From NCBI GenBank assembly GCA_013298595.1, contig JAAFIG010000002.1, positions 78,781 through 142,780 of the forward strand: a stretch of 64,000 bases of DNA, written 5' to 3'. A program made the translations under genes and the position numbers. The notes below the pieces were generated by a model that did no database searches, had not been told where the DNA came from, and saw nothing but the letters and a program-made list of their open reading frames with translations. Numbering within the stretch: the first letter of the stretch is position 1; every line of letters begins with the position of its first letter. The stretch is from Deinococcales bacterium. GTDB taxonomy: Bacteria; Deinococcota; Deinococci; Deinococcales; JAAFIG01. Below are positions 19,219-25,859 of this stretch, piece by piece.

Positions 19219-19600
19219 GTTCTGCCCTCACGTGTAGGGGTCATCCGTAATTGCTGTAGTTGAAGTAAGAATTCTTGTAGTTCTTTCCTTACGTGTAGGG
19301 GTCATCCGCGAAACAGCTCTACAAAAACCATTGTTCCGCGTTCTTCTCTCACGCGTAGGGGTCATTCGGCGACGAACAGGTTTGATTTTCCAGATTCTTG
19401 AGTTCTTCCTTCATGTGTAGGGGTCATCCAATGTGAATAGAGTCATTGCACATATGTTACCGCGTTCTTCCCTCATGTATAGGGATCATCCGAAAGGAGT
19501 TGTGGAACGCCAAACCTCTTTCGGTGTTCTTCCCTCACGCGTATGGGTTATTCGGCTGCATCTAGCATCGTGTATTTCTCTCACGTATAGGGATCATCCA
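19219..19600 (+). CRISPR. CRISPR array, 7 x 29-bp type I-E-like repeats, 6 spacers (32, 31, 33, 33, 33, 17 bp)
   Basis: R1 GTTCTGCCCTCACGTGTAGGGGTCATCCG (19219). R2 GTTCTTTCCTTACGTGTAGGGGTCATCCG (19280). R3 GTTCTTCTCTCACGCGTAGGGGTCATTCG (19340). R4 GTTCTTCCTTCATGTGTAGGGGTCATCCA (19402). R5 GTTCTTCCCTCATGTATAGGGATCATCCG (19464). R6 GTTCTTCCCTCACGCGTATGGGTTATTCG (19526). R7 GTATTTCTCTCACGTATAGGGATCATCCA (19572). Confidence 0.9.
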
Positions 19601-19673
19601 GCACAAACACGAGTTCAAGTTTCATTGGGTACTTTTCTTTTCGTGAGAATCACTCTCTTCTAAGGTCTACAAC

Positions 19674-20858
19674 ATGAATCTACTATTTGATGCTTGGATT
19701 CCAACAACAAATTCACTTCAATCCCTTGTTTCAGTTCTTGAGAATGCAAATTCTTTGCAGCTTTTTTCTCGAGGAACTCAATTTGCTTCTATTTTGCGGT
19801 TGCTGCTGGCGATTTGTTATCAAAGTGGTGAAACCAGTCAAACATTAATACGAAATGGCATTAGTAATAAAACATTTAAGCATCTCGAGCAGTACAAAAA
19901 CGCTTTTGATCTTCATCATGGTTTTTTGACTTGCCCAGACCTTGATGCCGATTTGAGCACCATGGCAAAATTGATTCCGTTGTTACCTTCGGGCAATACC
20001 ATCGTTTTTTTTAATCATGCTCGAGATGATCAATTTCCCATTGTTTCTAGCGACGAACTAGCTCGTTATGTCCTTGATTATCATGCTTTTGCTGCCGCAG
20101 GAGGTCAAAGTGTAACTGGTTATCGTGGGCTTAGCCCTTGTGTTGATGTGGTTCTTGGGATAGCAATTGGAGAAACTCTACTCGAGACACTCGCCCTTAA
20201 TTTAGTACCTGATTCGCGTCTGCAAAGCGCAAGCTGGACACTTTCTCGAGTCACTAAACAAGATTTTCAAGATAATAGACGGCAGACAGCTGGAAGTCTC
20301 GCAGGGCAGTATTCATGGCTTGGGCAAGCAGTTCGGTTATTTGAGCATGGTGTTGGTACAGCCAAAGGCTTTAAATTACGCTTTGACTCTGACCCGATGA
20401 TGAGCAAAAAGATTGATCGAAATGGTCAACTAATAAGCTTTGTGCGTCCAGAGTCATTTGAGCCTATTCTTTTAGCTGCTCGACTGATGGGTTTGCAGTC
20501 TATTTGTGCAGCAACTTTTTCACATGCACAAAGTTTGGATATTCCTTTCCAGTGGCGAGTCATTTCGCAAGTCAGTTCTCCAACCCACAAAGTCAAAGTG
20601 CTTGAAACGATTGATTCGGTGTATTCACCACAAACCCTAGACCTTCAAACATTAGCTCGAGTTCTTGCCATTCGAGGCGAATTGGTAAAACACCAGTCTG
20701 AATTTGTGGCTCGAGCTTTTGTGTCTACTTTTGAGGATTTTTTAAGACTTAACCAAACTATTGAACTTGATTCGTTTGTAGAACAATACCCTTTTCAAAC
20801 GGATAATAAATTACTGGGGATACTTCGCAAATTAACTCGGAAGGCAATAGGTGAATAA
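19674..20858 (+). CDS. cas8: Cas8e (Cse1/CasA)-like large subunit, shortened (394 aa)
   Basis: N-terminus MNLLFDAWIPTT, against E. coli Cse1 MNLLIDNWIPVR. It sits immediately upstream of cas7 (3-nt gap). Confidence 0.7.
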   Translation: MNLLFDAWIPTTNSLQSLVSVLENANSLQLFSRGTQFASILRLLLAICYQSGETSQTLIRNGISNKTFKHLEQYKNAFDLHHGFLTCPDLDADLSTMAKLIPLLPSGNTIVFFNHARDDQFPIVSSDELARYVLDYHAFAAAGGQSVTGYRGLSPCVDVVLGIAIGETLLETLALNLVPDSRLQSASWTLSRVTKQDFQDNRRQTAGSLAGQYSWLGQAVRLFEHGVGTAKGFKLRFDSDPMMSKKIDRNGQLISFVRPESFEPILLAARLMGLQSICAATFSHAQSLDIPFQWRVISQVSSPTHKVKVLETIDSVYSPQTLDLQTLARVLAIRGELVKHQSEFVARAFVSTFEDFLRLNQTIELDSFVEQYPFQTDNKLLGILRKLTRKAIGE

Positions 20859-20861
20859 TTT

Positions 20862-22085
20862 ATGCTCATTGAAATCCACTGTATTCAATCGGTCCCTATA
20901 TCTCACTTGAATTCTGATAGAAATGGTCAACCCAAGACAGTCATGTACGGCGGTGTTCTTCGTGCCCGAATCTCGAGTCAAGCTCAAAAACGCAGTTTAA
21001 GGCTCTTTATTCATGAGCATGGGCTTTTAGATGTGCTGGATTTCGCGTATCGAACAAGGCGTTTTACGCAACTGGCTGCTGAAAAACTTGAAAAATTAGG
21101 TATACAGCAAACAGAAGCCCTAAATTTGGCAGTTCGTTCGATGGCTGCCCTCAAGCTTGGGCATAAAGAAAAAGCTAATGAGGATGACCCTGTACTGAAC
21201 GAATTCTTGATCTTTTTTTCAGAGTCAGAATTACAAGCGTTTGCCAATACAATTTATGAGCATCAGTCTGTAATCTCGAGAATCAACATGGATGTCCATA
21301 AAGAACTCGATGCTATAGACGCAGTTGAAGGCGAGAAGAAAAAACAAAAATCCAGTAAGTTGACCAAGGCTGAAATCAAATCGGCAATCAAAAAAGAATT
21401 CCCACTTGAGGTGATTAAAGCCCTACAAAACCCCTTTATTGAAACTCGTTCTCTTGAAATGAATTTATTGGGGCGGCAACTCACCAACTTTCCTGATGGT
21501 ACAGTAGATGGGCAAGTTCAAGTCGCCCATGCTTTTTCCGTGGATGAAAGTCGTACCACACAAGACTTCTTTACTGCTGTTGATGATTATGCCTTTAAGG
21601 GCATGACAAAAGTAGGTATGCTTGAAGAGATTGGCTTCAATGCACCAACACTATATCGTGTGGCTGCGGTTAACGTCTCTCAGCTTGCTGAAGCTTCTGG
21701 CGATCTTGCCGCTGCCAAACGCGGGGCTGCCGCTTTTTTAGAGGCATTTGTGTCCACATTAGCGCACGGTGGGCAAAACTCTTTTCTCAGCCTTACTGTT
21801 CCGAGTTTTGTATTGATCCAAATCGTTGATAAAGGTCATGCTTTATCGTATGCCCCAGCGTTTCTTAAACCTGTCCAAAGCAGCAAAGAGTTCAGCACTG
21901 CTGAGGCTGCTATTGTGCAGTTATCCCGATACATTGAATACCAAGAGGCTGCTTTTCCTCGATTTAAGCGTTCACACAAAGTATTTTTTAGTCAAACAGA
22001 TCAAGATTTCAAAGGTGCTAAACGAGTCATCGGAATTGACCAAGCAATCAAATTTATTCTAGGCAAAATCGGGGATGAAAAGTGA
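20862..22085 (+). CDS. cas7: Cas7e (CasC)-like backbone subunit
   Basis: IHCIQSVPISHLNSDRNGQPKTVMYGGVLRARISSQAQKRSLR, against CasC [50 protein letters not shown]...VDGQVQVAHAFSV....QDFFTAVDD, against LSGRMAT...VDGAMSIAHAITT....IDWFTAVDD. Confidence 0.85.
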   Translation: MLIEIHCIQSVPISHLNSDRNGQPKTVMYGGVLRARISSQAQKRSLRLFIHEHGLLDVLDFAYRTRRFTQLAAEKLEKLGIQQTEALNLAVRSMAALKLGHKEKANEDDPVLNEFLIFFSESELQAFANTIYEHQSVISRINMDVHKELDAIDAVEGEKKKQKSSKLTKAEIKSAIKKEFPLEVIKALQNPFIETRSLEMNLLGRQLTNFPDGTVDGQVQVAHAFSVDESRTTQDFFTAVDDYAFKGMTKVGMLEEIGFNAPTLYRVAAVNVSQLAEASGDLAAAKRGAAAFLEAFVSTLAHGGQNSFLSLTVPSFVLIQIVDKGHALSYAPAFLKPVQSSKEFSTAEAAIVQLSRYIEYQEAAFPRFKRSHKVFFSQTDQDFKGAKRVIGIDQAIKFILGKIGDEK

Positions 22086-22573
22086 AACAGGTTCGTCTTT
22101 GTTTGGAAGGTCTACTGCAAGCATGGGGCGTGGATAATGCGCTTCAGCGTCGCCGTACTCATAACCAACCGCAACGACGAACCGTTTTTGGATTGATTCG
22201 GGCTGCAAAAGGACTCAAACGACATGAATCTTGGGAAGCTCTCGAGACACTTGATTTCAAGTGTGAAATCCATAAAGCTGGGTATCGAATGTGGGATTTT
22301 GCTTCTATGTCTAATATTATTCGTGCCAATGGTGAAGGCATTCAAGACCAAGCTATTCAAGAAAAAGAGTATCTGGTTGATGCAGCATTCATAGTCACCC
22401 TAACAGGCAAAGATCAACTCATTGATGAAGTCATTGCCGCTCTCGAGGATCCTGTTTTCCTTTTAGGGCTTGGAAGGCGCGATTGTATGCCAACACAACC
22501 AATTTTGTCGAATTATGATGTTGAGATTGATTTAGTCAAAATGTCAAAGAAAGCCAAAACGTACACCATATAG
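22082..22573 (+). CDS. cas5: Cas5e (CasD)-like subunit, shortened (163 aa)
   Basis: GTG start overlapping the cas7 stop (GTGA). LCLEGLLQAWG...PQRRTVFGLIRAAKGL, KEYLVDAAFIVTL and LGLGRRDCMPTQP, against CasD LRLAGPMQAWG...PTRSGLLGLLGACLGI, REYLCDASFTVAL and YLGRRSCPLTHP. Confidence 0.8.
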   Translation: MKQVRLCLEGLLQAWGVDNALQRRRTHNQPQRRTVFGLIRAAKGLKRHESWEALETLDFKCEIHKAGYRMWDFASMSNIIRANGEGIQDQAIQEKEYLVDAAFIVTLTGKDQLIDEVIAALEDPVFLLGLGRRDCMPTQPILSNYDVEIDLVKMSKKAKTYTI

Positions 22574-22875
22574 TGTAAAACTCAAACTATCTAGATCACA
22601 CACTAGTGCCAATAAAGTCTTGATAGACCTAAATGCCGCTCAAAAGCCAGTATCCAAGTAGTCTGAGATAAGCCTGTTTTTAGAGGAAGATGAACTTCAG
22701 TCTGAAAGACCAAGAAAACGTAAACGAGCAAATTGAACAGGAAATTTTCTACGAGAAGTTGAAGTTTTCCTTAACCCCAAGACACACCTTATGAGTTAAG
22801 TAGGGGACTACAACCAAATGTTTGATGAGGAAGTTTATTCGCAGAATTGCTTTTGAGAATTAGAGCACTTAAAAT

Positions 22876-23166
22876 CTAACCACTACTGCTTTTTCGAGGT
22901 CGTTTATTGCTTGGGAATGGCATTACCAGTTCTTTTGCACTTGGCAAAGCTAATAGCTTTGCAATTGGTATCTGGAGCTGAGTGGATACTTGCATGATTG
23001 TCTCGAGGGAGGGATTGGTGCGTTTGGCATTTTCAGACTCAAGTATTTGGTATGTTCGCAAGGGTAAACCAATCAATTCGGATGCTTCTTCTTGGGATAA
23101 GCCTTTTTTTAACCGAGCTTTACGAATTCGGAGTCGAAAAGCTCGGAGGAAAGCAGCGTCAAACAC
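22876..23166 (-). CDS. XRE-family helix-turn-helix regulator
   Basis: LRIRKARLKKGLSQEEASELIGLPLRTYQILESE is a typical HTH_3 motif. It is divergent from the 23408 operon. Confidence 0.8.
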   Translation of the reverse strand: MFDAAFLRAFRLRIRKARLKKGLSQEEASELIGLPLRTYQILESENAKRTNPSLETIMQVSTQLQIPIAKLLALPSAKELVMPFPSNKRPRKSSSG

Positions 23167-23407
23167 AATGCTATGCTGCTCATTTTTATGGTATTTTGTA
23201 ACGATTCAAATTATGTCATAAAATAATCTGAGTTAAAATCTTGATTTGTCCCCAAGCACACAAATATGTTACAGTCCTTAAACCAAGCCAAACACATCAC
23301 CCAGATGTACAGGCAAAAGCTTTCCCAAAAGGTTCGCAACAGCTTCGCCCCTTCCAACGGGCAACAACCGAAGCTGTTGTTTTTATTTTCCCAAGGAGAC
23401 AAGCTCA

Positions 23408-23992
23408 ATGCCAAACACTCTCGAGACCAACAACCCCGATTATGAAGTACAAATCAACCAGCAATACCATGCTTTTCTGGTCTGTAACGTCTTCATTAAC
23501 GATTCTGGACGTGGTAAACAAGTACAAATCATCATCGAAGGTAAAGCTTACAAAGCTGTTGTCAGTGTTGAAGCATTACGTGTATCACCAAATTTAACTG
23601 GTCAATGGCGAGCTACTTTGCACATTCGTTGTAAACCCGATGGCACACTAGACAAAACCATGTCCCTAAGACGAATTCGGGCATTAAGCCCACAAACTAC
23701 TGATCAACCTGCTTTCTGGGCTTGTACAGGTGATGTTACCAGTATTGATGTAAAAACAGGCTTACTCAAAGTTCGTATTTATCCTGGTAGACGCAAAGCC
23801 AGTGTTTTTTCCTTATTCGTTCAAGCCAGTCCTATTGTGCTCGAGCAAATTTCCCAAGCGAAATTTGTGCATCTAACAGGAACACTCGAAAAGCATTCAT
23901 TGGTTGTGCAACATTTTGAACCTCGAGATAGTGTTGATGCTGTCTTACAGGGTTTGAATGAGATTGAATCTGACAGGAGCAGTCATAAATGA
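23408..23992 (+). CDS. Hypothetical protein, paralogue A of a duplicated pair
   Basis: Shares an ordered motif series with the next gene: YH.F(L/F)V, G.WRATL, FW...G.V, (V/I)R(I/V)YP, (F/Y)VH(L/M)TG..E...L.(V/A)Q..EP. No family recognised. Confidence 0.6.
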   Translation: MPNTLETNNPDYEVQINQQYHAFLVCNVFINDSGRGKQVQIIIEGKAYKAVVSVEALRVSPNLTGQWRATLHIRCKPDGTLDKTMSLRRIRALSPQTTDQPAFWACTGDVTSIDVKTGLLKVRIYPGRRKASVFSLFVQASPIVLEQISQAKFVHLTGTLEKHSLVVQHFEPRDSVDAVLQGLNEIESDRSSHK

Positions 23993-24705
23993 AATCTAAT
24001 ACAGTAGAAACACCAGTACTTCAATCCTTAGTAACTATCCCTGTTCTCAAGCCAAAAGGTTTGAACATCGCATATCAACATCATTTCTTTGTCCAAACCA
24101 ATATCACCATCAGAGACACCAGTCAAGCAACTCGAGTCTGGTTAGACCTAGACTCTGATAATGGTTCATTCCTAGCTCGAGTGCATTCTAAAGTCTTTGC
24201 ACAATGGCAAAAATCACATCCAGAGCAAAGCTCGGTCAATCTTTCTGGTGTATGGCGAGCCACTTTGTATGGTCAAACAATGCCAAATCAGTCCCTCAAG
24301 TCCTTACAGATAATTCGATTAACTCCTCTCGAGAATGCCATTGATCTGAATGGACAAAGTACCTTCTGGAGTGCAGCAGGTAAAGTCCTACGCTTAGACC
24401 GAGCTGAACGCATTGTAATCATTCGGGTGTACCCAAGAACCAAAGGGTTTGAACCATTTGTGATCAGTGCTAAAACCACCCTCGAGTTACTGAACCTAGT
24501 TCAAGATGCCTGGTATGTGCATATGACAGGTGTAGTTGAACAAGGGTACTTAATTGCTCAGAACCTCGAGCCAATGCGTTTAGATATTCCAAGCGTGTGG
24601 AAAGACTGGATTCCACCAAGTAAACGCAAAGTCATACTCGAGAATACCTTAAACAGTGAATCCAGTGACTCTTCATTGGATGCTGGTACAAATCTTGGAT
24701 TTTAA
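23989..24705 (+). CDS. Hypothetical protein, paralogue B of a duplicated pair
   Basis: ATGA overlap with the preceding gene, and the same motif series as 23408..23992. Confidence 0.6.
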   Translation: MKSNTVETPVLQSLVTIPVLKPKGLNIAYQHHFFVQTNITIRDTSQATRVWLDLDSDNGSFLARVHSKVFAQWQKSHPEQSSVNLSGVWRATLYGQTMPNQSLKSLQIIRLTPLENAIDLNGQSTFWSAAGKVLRLDRAERIVIIRVYPRTKGFEPFVISAKTTLELLNLVQDAWYVHMTGVVEQGYLIAQNLEPMRLDIPSVWKDWIPPSKRKVILENTLNSESSDSSLDAGTNLGF

Positions 24706-24710
24706 GGGGT

Positions 24711-25187
24711 ATGAGAATGAAACAAGCCTTAGTTTATCTTCAAGTCTTACAAAGTATCTTTGTTGTGGTTAATCGAATAAATACTCGAGCTAATGCAGTA
24801 ATGAACGTAGTGCACGTGGCATGGGAATTTTACTTAGCTATGCCAACACAAGATTTAGCGTTAGACGTGATTCATTTAGTGACGGTGCAAACAAGGAATT
24901 ATCGACAGGTGACCTATGGTATTTCAGTGCAAGAAATGAATCTAAATGTAGTAGAAAAACACTCAGTCGAATTTGCAAGGGATCTCGAAGAAGCGCTACT
25001 GACTTGTGTAACTCTTTTTGAATCTGACCAAGCTACTTCTGGTTTACGGCAAGTTAAAAGAAAGATCAAAATGAGTTTCGTGCTTAATGAACAATGCCAA
25101 TGGACTTTTAAGCACGCTTCTCAGCAAAGTAAAAGTGATTTATTACAAATTCTTGAATTTAGCATCAACCCCAAGGTTATCAAATGA
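24711..25187 (+). CDS. Hypothetical protein (158 aa)
   Basis: 6-nt gap after the preceding gene, and its stop overlaps the next ATG (ATGA). No motifs recognised. Confidence 0.5.
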   Translation: MRMKQALVYLQVLQSIFVVVNRINTRANAVMNVVHVAWEFYLAMPTQDLALDVIHLVTVQTRNYRQVTYGISVQEMNLNVVEKHSVEFARDLEEALLTCVTLFESDQATSGLRQVKRKIKMSFVLNEQCQWTFKHASQQSKSDLLQILEFSINPKVIK

Positions 25188-25516
25188 TGCGTGGTAAACC
25201 TGCTTACACATCGGAATTCAAACTCCGTATGGTTAAAGAAGTACTCGAGCAAGGTAAAAGACCCAGTGCCGTAGCTCGAGAACATAAGATTCTGGCTTCC
25301 ACATTGTTTTCTTGGCGGGCTTTGTATGAACGGTTCGGTGAAGCTGCGTTTACAATGGTTGAGCAAAGCAGTTTACTTGAGGTGGAGAACATCAATTTGC
25401 AAAAGCAACTCGAGCGATTAAAATCTCAGGAGATCGTTTTTGAGCGGTTACTGGGCAAAATGACGCTCGAGAATCATCGGTTGCGAGAACAATTAAGTCT
25501 GCGCCTATCTGTGTAA
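25184..25516 (+). CDS. IS3-family OrfA-like HTH/coiled-coil protein (no OrfB follows)
   Basis: YTSEFKLRMVKEVLEQGKRPSAVAREHKILASTLFSWRALYERFGE is the classic IS3/IS911 OrfA HTH_Tnp_1 pattern, followed by a leucine-zipper-like tail. No DDE OrfB or IS inverted repeats are visible downstream. Confidence 0.7.
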   Translation: MMRGKPAYTSEFKLRMVKEVLEQGKRPSAVAREHKILASTLFSWRALYERFGEAAFTMVEQSSLLEVENINLQKQLERLKSQEIVFERLLGKMTLENHRLREQLSLRLSV

Positions 25517-25630
25517 CAGTACAAATACCACAGCTCCAAAAGATAGCAATTGTTACTTTAGTAACAGTAAATAGGAGGAAGTTATAACATTTGGGTGAAT
25601 TAGGAGACTACGTCAAATACAGTATTTAGG
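25513..25630. repeat. Three spaced ACAGTA-AATA motifs (candidate TnsB-binding sites, right end)
   Basis: GTAACAGTACAAATAC (25513), TAGTAACAGTAAAT (25559) and CAAATACAGTATTTAGG (25614). The reverse complement of the second (ATTTACTGTTACTA) matches ATTTACTTGTACTA at 13447-13460 in 12 of 14 positions. Confidence 0.35.
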
Positions 25631-25644
25631 CAACTCTTACATAA

Positions 25645-25803
25645 TTTGATTCAAATCACTCTTATATGCAATGATTTGTGATGAATATACATTGTGTTTA
25701 ACGTAGATGGCAGTTACAGATTAAATGATTTTCTATAATGTTATAGAAAATCATTTGATCTGCAACTAAATCACTGTATATAAGAGTGACTTGAGAGTAA
25801 ATC
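25645..25803. repeat. Long imperfect palindrome (inner 22-bp arms, outer arms with an ~35-bp asymmetric insert)
   Basis: Inner arms: CAGATTAAATGATTTTCTATAA (25717-25738), tg, TTATAGAAAATCATTTGATCTG (25741-25762), with 1 mismatch. Outer arms: TCACTCTTATAT (25656-25667) against ATATAAGAGTGA (25778-25789). Confidence 0.8.
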
Positions 25804-25823
25804 AAGCTACTTGAGAGTAAAAC
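25789..25823. repeat. Tandem 20-bp-period direct repeat at the candidate right terminus
   Basis: ACTTGAGAGTAAATC (25789-25803) and ACTTGAGAGTAAAAC (25809-25823). Read on the other strand, the terminus is TGTTTTACTCTCAAGT followed by TGATTTACTCTCAAGT. Confidence 0.6.
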
Positions 25824-25859
25824 AAAGTTAAAACTACCATTTCCTTTGCCATCAATCTC

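Larger units (their letters stand above)
13420..25824 (+). mobile_element. Tn7-like transposon carrying a type I-E-like CRISPR-Cas effector (candidate CAST); boundaries provisional
   Basis: Core tnsA-tnsB-tnsC-tniQ plus cas6 / CRISPR / cas8-cas7-cas5. Candidate end motifs of the ATTTACT type occur in opposite orientation at 13363-13500 and 25513-25824, and the right side ends ...GAGAGTAAAACA. No 5-bp target duplication could be confirmed. Confidence 0.7.

Noticed and set aside
19433-19663. 76-aa plus-strand ORF
   Set aside because: It lies entirely within CRISPR repeats and spacers (R4 to the post-array region). It is an artefact of reading through the array.
22690-22794. 34-aa acidic ORF (MNFSLKDQENVNEQIEQEIFYEKLKFSLTPRHTL) between cas5 and the XRE gene, considered as an anti-CRISPR-like gene
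   Set aside because: The GAGG is only 3 nt from the ATG. The ORF is convergent with the HTH gene rather than co-oriented with it, and it has no supporting motif. It is too speculative to call.
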